A DNA stretch of 64,000 nucleotides from Candidatus Poribacteria bacterium (GTDB lineage Bacteria > Poribacteria > WGA-4E > WGA-3G): positions 3,655 to 67,654 of the forward strand of contig VYCT01000369.1 in NCBI GenBank assembly GCA_009843785.1, given 5' to 3'. Positions within the stretch are counted from its first letter, which is position 1, and the number at the start of each line of letters is the position of its first letter. A program made the translations under genes and the position numbers. Positions 44,484-52,792 of this stretch are shown one piece after another. The notes below the pieces were generated by a model. It worked only from the letters and a program-made list of their open reading frames with translations. It ran no database searches and was not told the DNA's origin.

Positions 44484-46032
44484 AGATGTCCTGCATCTGC
44501 CAAGCATCCAGCGATTTGAGTTCACACGCTTGCCCTTGCGAACGCAAAGATACACCAACACTCTCTTCTTTGTCCGGATAGACACGCATTGCGACGCACT
44601 GCTTCCCGTTCGCGAACACCTCCACAACACTTTTGTCAACGAACACCCGCAGCTTGAGGGTTTCGTCTCGCGCGATAGAGACCGCCCCGGTTTCAGGGGC
44701 GCGTGAAAGGACATCTGAGGCAACTGACGAATACGAGGAATCAATCGTTAGCAGACTATCACGTACGTCAACACCAGGATTCAGGTTGCGTAAGCCACGT
44801 TCTCTGAAGAACGCAATACGGGTAAACTCCTCTTTCTGCGGTGAACGGAGCACATTCAGTTCAACCATCGGTGCGAATTTCGGGTCAATTTCGAGTTCAA
44901 GTTCCATCGCATTGCCATTGATGCCTTCCAGTACGACCTCTTCGTTCGCGGGGAGTGTCATCGCATTGACATGCTGATGGTCGGACCGTAACGATTCAAT
45001 ATCACCCGCAGGTTCAATGCCGACTTCATCTCTGGAGAGCAGTGTCAAGCGACGCGGCAGCGTCATGATCTGATTCCAACCCTTGGTAGGCTTCGCCGGA
45101 TTCATGTTATAGATAACGATCAGTCCACCGTTGCCATCAGGTGTTGCCGAGGGCGCGTGAACACCCGCTGGAGATGCTGCCCCGAAATTGTTCTTCGCAC
45201 CTGCTGTCACGACGAACTTGTCGCGTTCGGTGTCATAATCACCGAGCAGATATTGCCCGCCGCTCATGTGACTAAAGAAAAGGAGCATGTGTCGGTCACC
45301 GATAGGCCAGAAATACGGACACGCCCCATCATCGCCTACCAATGTGAACATATCGTCTTCAACGAAGGGGTGTAGATAGACCCAGTTCGCTAAATCGGCT
45401 GAACGGAGCAGGAAGTTGGCGCGAATCGGTTTGCCACCGGGGCCGTGTGGAAGTGTACCACCGGAAAGCGAATAATACATGTCGTCTTTCTTCCAGATAC
45501 ACGGGTCAAAGACGCGGTAGACCGGAGTCGTGCCGTCCGCGTGTTTCGCCGGGATGACCGCTTCGCCGGACACCTTCTCCCAATTCAGGAGCAACGGATC
45601 GCTTGACACGGCAACCATATTGCCGACAACCGTGCCGTGATACATTGCGATCACACGGTCTTCTTCTACAAGCGTCGCCCCGGAGAAACAGCACCTTTCA
45701 GGGTTTGGGTAAATCGCATACGGCAAATCGCGCCAATGGATAAGGTCGTCGCTAATCGCGTGTCCCCAATGTTGTCGTGTATCTTCAGGTGGATACGCCT
45801 GATAGAAGAGATGCCAGCGTCCCTGCCAGAAACAGAGACCGTTCGGATCATTAAGCATCGCTTCGGGGTTGATATAGTGATAAATCGGACGGTGCGGATC
45901 GCCTTCATACGTTTTCCGATAAGCGTTAAGCCGTTGCATCAGTGGATTCGTTTCCAACTCTGCCTCTTGCGCTTCCAGCGTCTCCGCAAACGTATAATAC
46001 GGTACACGCGATGTGTAATCTTCGTTTTCCAT
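44476..46032 (-). CDS. Glycoside hydrolase family 32-like protein (beta-fructofuranosidase/levanase type)
   Basis: MLNDPNGLCFWQGRWHLFYQ, HWGHAISDDLIHW and CFSGATL blocks. The RDP and EC motifs appear as FDP and ACP (see findings). Confidence 0.8.
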   Translation of the reverse strand: MENEDYTSRVPYYTFAETLEAQEAELETNPLMQRLNAYRKTYEGDPHRPIYHYINPEAMLNDPNGLCFWQGRWHLFYQAYPPEDTRQHWGHAISDDLIHWRDLPYAIYPNPERCCFSGATLVEEDRVIAMYHGTVVGNMVAVSSDPLLLNWEKVSGEAVIPAKHADGTTPVYRVFDPCIWKKDDMYYSLSGGTLPHGPGGKPIRANFLLRSADLANWVYLHPFVEDDMFTLVGDDGACPYFWPIGDRHMLLFFSHMSGGQYLLGDYDTERDKFVVTAGAKNNFGAASPAGVHAPSATPDGNGGLIVIYNMNPAKPTKGWNQIMTLPRRLTLLSRDEVGIEPAGDIESLRSDHQHVNAMTLPANEEVVLEGINGNAMELELEIDPKFAPMVELNVLRSPQKEEFTRIAFFRERGLRNLNPGVDVRDSLLTIDSSYSSVASDVLSRAPETGAVSIARDETLKLRVFVDKSVVEVFANGKQCVAMRVYPDKEESVGVSLRSQGQACELKSLDAWQMQDIYA

Positions 46033-46127
46033 CGTTTCTCCTCTGTGTAATTTCTATAAAATTCTATAGTTTCAGCATATCACAGAATTGATCGTATGTC
46101 CAAAAAATTTTCTGTTGATTTTTTGAA

Positions 46128-46156
46128 TTGACACGATTTTTAGCGCATGCTATACT
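46128..46156 (+). promoter_or_regulatory. Sigma70-type promoter TTGACA-17 nt-TATACT
   Basis: TTGACA at 46128-46133 and TATACT at 46151-46156, upstream of uxuA. Confidence 0.6.
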
Positions 46157-46213
46157 GCACAAATCTTTTCTGCTTCAAAAATGATATTGTAATCGTTGAA
46201 GGAGGGTAGAGCG

Positions 46214-47212
46214 ATGAATAAAACTGAGAAACACCGCAGCAAAAAAGCGGAGATGCACGTCGGTGTTCAAGGGATCGGGACATCTTCCAAAGAGTTGGCA
46301 TTCCTCGTTCGCCACGGCGTAACGCACATGGATGCTTCCGTTAAAGACACTGAGACCGAAACATTGATTCGACACAAGGAAGAAGCGGCAGAAACTGGTG
46401 TTAGCCTTGAAATGATTCATATCGGGCTTCCGAGGAGCATCACGCTTGCCCAGGACCCACAGCGAGACAAGGATATTGATGCGGTTTGCAAAATGATTGA
46501 GAATGCCGCTGCTGCAGGATTACGAGGGTTGAATTATAACTTCTGTATCCTCAACCATCAGCGAACCGAGAGCACACCTGGGCGCGGTGGCTCAAACTAC
46601 AGCACCTTCGACTTTTCCAAGTATGATAACGAAACACTTTCAGAGGCGGGTGAGGTGAGTCGCGAAGAGGCGTTTGATCGGATCGCATACTTTCTCGAAC
46701 GGGTCATTCCTGTCGCTGAAGAGAACAAAGTCCAGATGGCGTGTCACCCGAACGATCCGCCCGCGCCTATTTTAAGAGGCGTTGAGCGGTGGAATTACCC
46801 CATCTTTGACGGCTTGAAACGCTTCGCTGAGATTGCAGAGAGTCCGTATCACGGCTTTAACTTCTGCTGTGGGACAGTATCAGAAGGTTTAGAAGATCCG
46901 GGCACCGAATTCTATGAGATTCTTGAATATTTCGGTGAGCGAAAGAAGATTTTCAACATTCACTTCCGCAATATTCGCGGCGGATTGCACAACTTCCAAG
47001 AGGTCTGGCCCGACGAGGGACACCTCGATATGCACAGAGTTGCGCAGGTCCTTCGGGATGTGGAATACCCGTACATGCTAATGCCTGACCACGCGCCAGG
47101 GCATCCAGACGATCCATCGCCGCCGGGTGTTTCCGGCAGAGTCCGACAGGCGTGGGCATTCCAGTTCGGATATATTATCGCCCTAATTCAGGCGGTGAAT
47201 TCGGTAGCGTAG
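46214..47212 (+). CDS. uxuA: Mannonate dehydratase
   Basis: VIPVAEENKVQMACHPNDPPAPILRG and LMPDHAPGH parallel E. coli UxuA [25 protein letters not shown] and MRPDHGH. A GGAGG RBS lies 8 nt upstream of ATG 46214. Confidence 0.8.
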   Translation: MNKTEKHRSKKAEMHVGVQGIGTSSKELAFLVRHGVTHMDASVKDTETETLIRHKEEAAETGVSLEMIHIGLPRSITLAQDPQRDKDIDAVCKMIENAAAAGLRGLNYNFCILNHQRTESTPGRGGSNYSTFDFSKYDNETLSEAGEVSREEAFDRIAYFLERVIPVAEENKVQMACHPNDPPAPILRGVERWNYPIFDGLKRFAEIAESPYHGFNFCCGTVSEGLEDPGTEFYEILEYFGERKKIFNIHFRNIRGGLHNFQEVWPDEGHLDMHRVAQVLRDVEYPYMLMPDHAPGHPDDPSPPGVSGRVRQAWAFQFGYIIALIQAVNSVA

Positions 47213-47227
47213 GTTAATTTAGGAACC

Positions 47228-47293
47228 GTAGGGGTTGGGAATGTAATACAAGGAATGGATTTAGTCTATTCCCAGACTAAATCCCCCAATCCC
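47228..47293 (+). repeat. Composite GTAG-headed hairpin just after the uxuA stop
   Basis: GTAGGGGTTGGG (one mismatch to the first 12 nt of the 27-bp palindrome). The outer stem GGGGTTGGG (47231-47239) pairs with CCCAATCCC (47285-47293). The inner perfect 11-bp stem is GGATTTAGTCT (47257-47267) with AGACTAAATCC (47274-47284). Confidence 0.6.
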
Positions 47294-47447
47294 GACGAGC
47301 AACAGGTGTAAACTTATTTTCGGATTTTACTATAATAACCTAACTTGCTACCTATGTGATTTTAGACGCACGAATACCATTTTTCAGTGAAAATCTGTCA
47401 TTTTTGCGAAAAACTTGGCGTGTTTCTTACCATTTTCGGCACGAAGA

Positions 47448-47473
47448 GGCACAGGCTAACAGCCTATGCTACA
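47448..47473 (-). repeat. GTAG-headed REP-like hairpin (minus strand TGTAG-CATAGGCT-GTT-AGCCTGTGCC)
   Basis: Read directly. A 9-bp stem with one mismatch, a 3-nt loop, and CTACA on the plus strand at 47469-47473. Confidence 0.55.
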
Positions 47474-47522
47474 AAGTGGCAACTTGGGTTATAATAGCAA
47501 ATTCAACCTGTAGGAGAGAAAA

Positions 47523-48308
47523 ATGAAATCCATTATAACGCGATTAGCGATCATCACCATCAGTCTCAGCCTGATCTTCACAGTACATACGTATGCGGAG
47601 ATCGATTTTAGCACTGCAAGAGGCATTTGGCTACTTGATGAAGGTGATGGTAATGTTATCAACGATATGTCTGGAAACGAGAATCACGGTGAACTTCAAG
47701 GCGGAGAATGGGTCGAAGGGCCTGATGGGCCTGCCTTAAGTCTAAATGGACAAAATGACCGGGTGATCATCGCAGACTCCGATAGTTTGTATCTCGAAGA
47801 GGCATGGACGATTACTGCTTGGGCTTTTGTGAATACAACCGAGACCGGTTTTGGACATATTCTCGGCAAAAGACCCGCATCTGGAACCGTGGCGAATTAC
47901 GCGTTCAGGACAAGCGGCAGTGGCACTGGCTGGGAAGCTTACTATGCACGAGACGGTTGGAAAGGTGCCTGGAATCAAGGTTCAGTCAAGAAAGGTGAAT
48001 GGTTGTATATGACGGCAACATACGACGGAACGGATACCATTAAAATCTATGAAAATGGCACTGAAATCGGTTCCGTTGGCGGGATGGGTGCACCGGCTCC
48101 CCGGAATGACACCGAGGTCAACATTGGCGGTTGGACTGACAACACTTCAGAGACACTTGACGGTATGCTCGCTCAGGTCGCGCTTTTCAGTGTCGCCTTG
48201 GCGGAAGAAGATATAAACACCCTGATGGAGGACGGGCTGTCATCCTTAGCGGCTGTTGAGCCTTCTAACAAACTCGCAACGACGTGGGCAAACATCAAAT
48301 CTCAATAA
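47523..48308 (+). CDS. Secreted LamG (laminin-G_3 / ConA-like lectin) domain protein, tandem paralog 1
   Basis: Signal peptide MKSIITRLAIITISLSLIFTVHTYA. GNENHGELQGGEWVEGPDGPALSLNG..DRV, W.ITAW and LDG.LA.VALF are typical of LamG_3. The tail is VEPSNKLATTWANIK. Confidence 0.75.
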   Translation: MKSIITRLAIITISLSLIFTVHTYAEIDFSTARGIWLLDEGDGNVINDMSGNENHGELQGGEWVEGPDGPALSLNGQNDRVIIADSDSLYLEEAWTITAWAFVNTTETGFGHILGKRPASGTVANYAFRTSGSGTGWEAYYARDGWKGAWNQGSVKKGEWLYMTATYDGTDTIKIYENGTEIGSVGGMGAPAPRNDTEVNIGGWTDNTSETLDGMLAQVALFSVALAEEDINTLMEDGLSSLAAVEPSNKLATTWANIKSQ

Positions 48309-48324
48309 TAGATTCGGACCCATC

Positions 48325-48362
48325 ATCGCCCTAATTCAGGCGGTCAATTCGGAACAGTAAGT
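48325..48362 (+). other. Relic copy of the last 38 nt of uxuA (non-coding duplicate)
   Basis: ATCGCCCTAATTCAGGCGGTCAATTCGGAACAGTAAGT versus uxuA 47177-47214 ATCGCCCTAATTCAGGCGGTGAATTCGGTAGCGTAGGT. The first 20 nt are identical and 33 of 38 match overall. Confidence 0.8.
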
Positions 48363-48436
48363 GATTGGTTTCAGTTAAAGTGGCGTATTGAGTCAAAACG
48401 TATCTTAATGGTAAATTCAACCTGTAGGAGGGAAAA

Positions 48437-49219
48437 ATGAAATCCATTATAGTTTGCTTAGCGATCATCACCCTCAGTCTGACCTTCGCCGTACATACTT
48501 ATGCGGAGATCGACTTTGAAACCGCAAGGGGTATTTGGTTACTCGATGAAGGCAAAGGCGATGATATCGAAGATATTTCGGGCAACGACAACCACGGTGA
48601 ACTTCAGGGCGGTGAATGGGTCAAAGGTCCTGATGGGCCTGCCCTCAGTTTAAACGGCGTAAATGATCGGGTTATTATTCCGGACTCCAAGAGTTTGTAT
48701 CTCGAAGATGCGTGGTCAATCACTTCATGGGTATATGTCAACAAATCCGAGAACGGTTACGGACATATCCTCGGCAAAAGACCCGCAGCGGGTACGATAG
48801 CAAATTACGCATTCAGGACAAGCTCCAGCGGCGCCGGCTGGGAAGCTTACTTTGCAAACAACGGTTGGAAAGGTGCCTGGAATCAAGGAAATGTGAAAAA
48901 AGATGTCTGGTTGTATATGACCGCAACTTATGACGCAAAAGACACCATTAAAATCTACGAAAATGGTGTCGAAATCGCGTCTGTTGGCGGGATGGGTAAA
49001 CCGGGTCCCCAAAACGACACGGATGTCAACATCGGCGGTTGGACCAACAACACTTCGGAGACGCTTGACGGTATACTCTATGAAGTCGCACTCTTCGATT
49101 CCGTACTGGCAGAAGACGATATAAATGAGCTGATGGAGAAGGGGCTCGTAACACTCATGCCTGTTGAGCCTTCTGGCAAACTTGCCACGACATGGGCAAG
49201 CATCAAATCTCGGCAATAG
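48437..49219 (+). CDS. Secreted LamG domain protein, tandem paralog 2
   Basis: Collinear with 47523-48308 along the whole length, including the RBS region AATTCAACCTGTAGGAGgGAAAAATG. The tail is VEPSGKLATTWASIK. Confidence 0.75.
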   Translation: MKSIIVCLAIITLSLTFAVHTYAEIDFETARGIWLLDEGKGDDIEDISGNDNHGELQGGEWVKGPDGPALSLNGVNDRVIIPDSKSLYLEDAWSITSWVYVNKSENGYGHILGKRPAAGTIANYAFRTSSSGAGWEAYFANNGWKGAWNQGNVKKDVWLYMTATYDAKDTIKIYENGVEIASVGGMGKPGPQNDTDVNIGGWTNNTSETLDGILYEVALFDSVLAEDDINELMEKGLVTLMPVEPSGKLATTWASIKSRQ

Positions 49220-49297
49220 ATTCGGCAAATCAAGTGCAGCTGGTGTATTCACTGAACGACTGGCTGCACACATTTGATATTTGCTTTAAAAAATAGC

Positions 49298-50446
49298 ATG
49301 ACCGAACATATTGAACGCGCAAGAACATTGAACCGTCAAGCATGTGACGACGTTGACCACGGACGGCTTGATGCGGCGAAAGTTGCCTTAAATGAAGCCA
49401 TTCGTCTCGCACCTGATTTGGCAGCACCGCACACTAATTTGGGTGTCTTGCACTGTTGGGAAGGTGCGTTAGACAAAGCCATCGGTTTACATCTTAAAGC
49501 ACGTCGCCTCGATCCGAACCTCTCAGCACCGCACACGAATCTTGGTGTCGTTTATGCGTGGCAGGGGAAACTTGACGCAGCATTTCAATCGCTTCAGACA
49601 GCACTCGAGTGCAATCCAGACGCCGCTGAGGCATATACGAACTTAGGGTTCGTCTATATCTCTCAGGGGAAGCTTGATGCCGCGATAACCGCATCAAAAA
49701 AGGCAATTCAACTTGGCGATGGTGGAGAAGCACAACTCAACCTCGGATTGATTTATAGTTGGCAAGGACGGTTCGATGAAGCCATTGAACTTTACCAAAA
49801 AGCACTTGATACCGACCCAACGCTGACGGAACCCCACAACAACCTCGGACTCGTTTATCTGTTGCAAGGTGAACTTGCGCGTGCTATTGAGGCATTCAAG
49901 ACTTCAATTAAACTCGATGGCGGTGAAGAACCGCATACAAATCTTGGACTCGTGTACAGCTGGCAAGGAAAACACGACGAGGCAATCGCGTTGCACAAGG
50001 CAGCACTGGATATGGCACCTGATTCAGCAGAAGCGCAGATCAACCTCGGTTTCGTTTACATCTGCCAAAATCGGCTTGATGAAGCAAAGGTTATGTTAGA
50101 AGGCGCACTCCGCAGTGACCCAGATTCCGGAGAAGCACATACCAACCTCGGCATTATCCTTTTCCACGAAGGCAGCATTGAAGCGGCTGTTGCTGCATAC
50201 AAAAAAGCCGGAGCAATGGCTGAAGCGCGCAACAACCTTGGCATCGCCTACTATCAACAAGGCAAACGTGATGCTGCAATCGCTGAGTTCAAAGCGGCGA
50301 TTGCAGCCGAAGATTTACAGGAAGCACATACTAATCTGTCAATCGTGACGGGTAGTGTAGGAAATATAGACACGTCAGAACTCCTGACTTCGCCAATTGG
50401 CGTGCCAGTCGGTGTCCCGGCTGTATGGTGTGAATTCGTCAATTGA
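49298..50446 (+). CDS. TPR-repeat protein (about nine 34-aa repeats)
   Basis: Recurrent HTNLG-hydrophobic-Y..QG+LD.AI..... units. ATG 49298 is preferred to the ORF-track TTG at 49274. Confidence 0.8.
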   Translation: MTEHIERARTLNRQACDDVDHGRLDAAKVALNEAIRLAPDLAAPHTNLGVLHCWEGALDKAIGLHLKARRLDPNLSAPHTNLGVVYAWQGKLDAAFQSLQTALECNPDAAEAYTNLGFVYISQGKLDAAITASKKAIQLGDGGEAQLNLGLIYSWQGRFDEAIELYQKALDTDPTLTEPHNNLGLVYLLQGELARAIEAFKTSIKLDGGEEPHTNLGLVYSWQGKHDEAIALHKAALDMAPDSAEAQINLGFVYICQNRLDEAKVMLEGALRSDPDSGEAHTNLGIILFHEGSIEAAVAAYKKAGAMAEARNNLGIAYYQQGKRDAAIAEFKAAIAAEDLQEAHTNLSIVTGSVGNIDTSELLTSPIGVPVGVPAVWCEFVN

Positions 50447-50501
50447 AAAACTAACGCTATACCAACATGCCTCGCGCGACACTATATTTTTGGAAAGAAC
50501 T

Positions 50502-51785
50502 ATGACACAATTGCCCAACGTCCTTCTTATTCTCGCTGACGACCACGGTTATGGCGATATTTCGGCACACAACGGTCCCGCAATCCAGACCCCGAATATT
50601 GACCGGATCGCTGAACACGGAACACGGTTTACCAGATTTTACGCGAACTCTTCGGTCTGTTCGCCAAGCCGGGCATCTCTCATGACCGGACGCTATCCCG
50701 ATAGGGTCGGAGTGCCAGGTGTGATTCGCACCCATCCAGAAAACAGTTGGGGGTACTTCCGACAGGATGCAGTCACGCTCCCTGCAGCCTTAAAACCCAA
50801 AGATTATCGGACGGCACTCATCGGTAAGTGGCACCTTGGACTCGAACCGGAGAATCACCCTTGCAAACGCGGATTCGATCATTTTCACGGTTTCCTCGGC
50901 GATATGATGGACGACTACTACACACACCGCAGACACGATATCAACTACATGCGGCACGGTTTGGATACCATTGATCCGAGGGGCCACGCGACAGACCTCT
51001 TTACAGAATGGAGTATGGACTTCATTCGCGCAGAAGCACAGTCGTTTGACCCTTTTTTTCTTTATCTTGCCTACAACGCGCCGCATACGCCGATCCAACC
51101 CCCAGATGAATGGATTGCGCGGATCCAGGAACGCGAACCCGATATTTCACCGCAACGCGCAAAATACATCGCGCTTGTCGAGCACATGGACGCTGGCATC
51201 GGACGCGTCCTTGATACGCTTGAAGACACTGATCAATTGTCGAATACGCTCGTTATCTACACATCTGACAACGGCGGTGCAATGAACGTTGGTGCCCACA
51301 ACGGTCCCTTGCGCGGGCAAAAAGGTGAGATGTACGAAGGCGGCATCCGAGTCCCGACGTGCGCGATGTGGCCTGGGTATATCCAAGATGGACATGTTAC
51401 GGATCAGGTTGCGCTGCTCATGGATCTGTTTCCGACAATCTGTGAAGTGGCGGGCGCGTCAATTCCCGAAGGCATCGAAGGACGCTCAATGTGGCAGACG
51501 CTGCAAGGCGAACAGCAGGATTTCTCGGAGCGTATCCTCTATTGGCTACGCAGAGAAGGGGGACAACGCTTTCTCGGACAGTGTCAACATGCCATCCGGC
51601 GTGGAGACACGAAATTGTTGCACAACAGTCCCTTTGAACCCTTGGAGCTCTACAATCTGTCAGACGACCCACTGGAAACAACGGACAACGCACAGACGGA
51701 GACAGCACTCTTCAGAGAAATGAGTCAGCTATTTCAAGCAGAAACACAGAAGGCAGGGAGTGTGCCTTGGCAACGAGGAAATTAG
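50502..51785 (+). CDS. Arylsulfatase (Cys-type, formylglycine-dependent)
   Basis: PNVLLILADDHGYGD, CSPSRASLMTGR (C-x-P-x-R FGly motif), GKWHLG and YTSDNGG. ATG 50502 is preferred because the longer start overlaps the TPR gene. Confidence 0.85.
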   Translation: MTQLPNVLLILADDHGYGDISAHNGPAIQTPNIDRIAEHGTRFTRFYANSSVCSPSRASLMTGRYPDRVGVPGVIRTHPENSWGYFRQDAVTLPAALKPKDYRTALIGKWHLGLEPENHPCKRGFDHFHGFLGDMMDDYYTHRRHDINYMRHGLDTIDPRGHATDLFTEWSMDFIRAEAQSFDPFFLYLAYNAPHTPIQPPDEWIARIQEREPDISPQRAKYIALVEHMDAGIGRVLDTLEDTDQLSNTLVIYTSDNGGAMNVGAHNGPLRGQKGEMYEGGIRVPTCAMWPGYIQDGHVTDQVALLMDLFPTICEVAGASIPEGIEGRSMWQTLQGEQQDFSERILYWLRREGGQRFLGQCQHAIRRGDTKLLHNSPFEPLELYNLSDDPLETTDNAQTETALFREMSQLFQAETQKAGSVPWQRGN

Positions 51786-51797
51786 GAGGATATTATT

Positions 51798-52697
51798 TTG
51801 AAACAACAAAACGGACCTGAAGTATCAGAACCGGACGACACTTTCGGCATGCACATCAACTCGCAGAGCGCAGATACCAACAATACAATTAAACGCGTAC
51901 ACAAACACGGCTATGCTACCCTTCACGATGCTGCGCGAGACAATGCCTATGAAGCAGTGGCAGCGTTGGTAGAAAATGGGGCCGATGTCAACGCAGGCGA
52001 CCAATATGGCTATCCACCTTTGCACTGGGCAGCGTGGCACAACGCTTATGAAGCGGCAGCAGTGTTAATAGAAAATGGGGCCGATGTCAACGCAACGAAT
52101 GATAAGCATTTTGCCCCGTTACACTGGGCAGCGTGGAATAATGGACACGAAACAGCAGCGGTGTTAATGAAAAATGGAGCAGATGTTAGCGCGAGGAACG
52201 CAGATGGAGACACGCCACTGCACTGGGCAGCATGGCGCAATGTCTATGAGGCTGAAGGCGTATCGCTCGAAAGCAACACAAACATCAACCCGAGGGACAA
52301 ATCGGGTTATACCCTTCTGCACTGGGCAGCATGGCGTAACGCCTATAAAACAGCGGAAATCCTCATCGAAAATGGGGCTGATACGAACGCAGCGAATAAC
52401 AGAGGCCTCACGCCGCTGCACATCGCAGCCGAGGATGATACCGCTGAAGTCGCGAGGGTATTGGTAAAAAATAGCGCACAGGTTAACATAAAGGACAAAA
52501 ACGGCGATACACCGCTGCATATCGCAGCAGCACACAATGCATACGAGACAGCCGGAGTCCTGCTTGAAAACGGTGCAGATACCAGCACAGCGAACGATAA
52601 GGGTCATACGCCTTTGCATATCGCAGCAGAAAAGAAGGCACACGAAACGGTCAAGGTACTCTGTGATCACCGAGAGCAAAAGGGCTGGTCATGGTAA
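51798..52697 (+). CDS. Ankyrin-repeat protein (about 7-8 repeats)
   Basis: Repeated G.TPLHWAAW.NA.E.A..L.ENGADVNA units. TTG start with an AGGAGG RBS 8 nt upstream. Confidence 0.85.
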   Translation: MKQQNGPEVSEPDDTFGMHINSQSADTNNTIKRVHKHGYATLHDAARDNAYEAVAALVENGADVNAGDQYGYPPLHWAAWHNAYEAAAVLIENGADVNATNDKHFAPLHWAAWNNGHETAAVLMKNGADVSARNADGDTPLHWAAWRNVYEAEGVSLESNTNINPRDKSGYTLLHWAAWRNAYKTAEILIENGADTNAANNRGLTPLHIAAEDDTAEVARVLVKNSAQVNIKDKNGDTPLHIAAAHNAYETAGVLLENGADTSTANDKGHTPLHIAAEKKAHETVKVLCDHREQKGWSW

Positions 52698-52792
52698 TCG
52701 TCTTTCTATCCAGCAAAAGCATCACACCCAGAAATACTTACCAAAAAGCTGCATATATACACCACCGATGACCGAAGGAGGGAAAGAGACAG

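Noticed and set aside
43785-44744. The long 319-aa version of the ORF downstream of GH32
   Set aside because: Its first 87 codons overlap the GH32 3' end by 270 nt and encode an Arg/Cys/Ser-rich, non-protein-like sequence. ATG 44483 gives a typical 8-nt stop/start overlap.
51798-52697. Internal DNA repeats in the ankyrin and TPR genes as possible mobile or tandem-repeat elements
   Set aside because: The periodicity (about 99 nt and 102 nt) equals the ANK and TPR protein-repeat lengths and is in frame. These are ordinary coding repeats.
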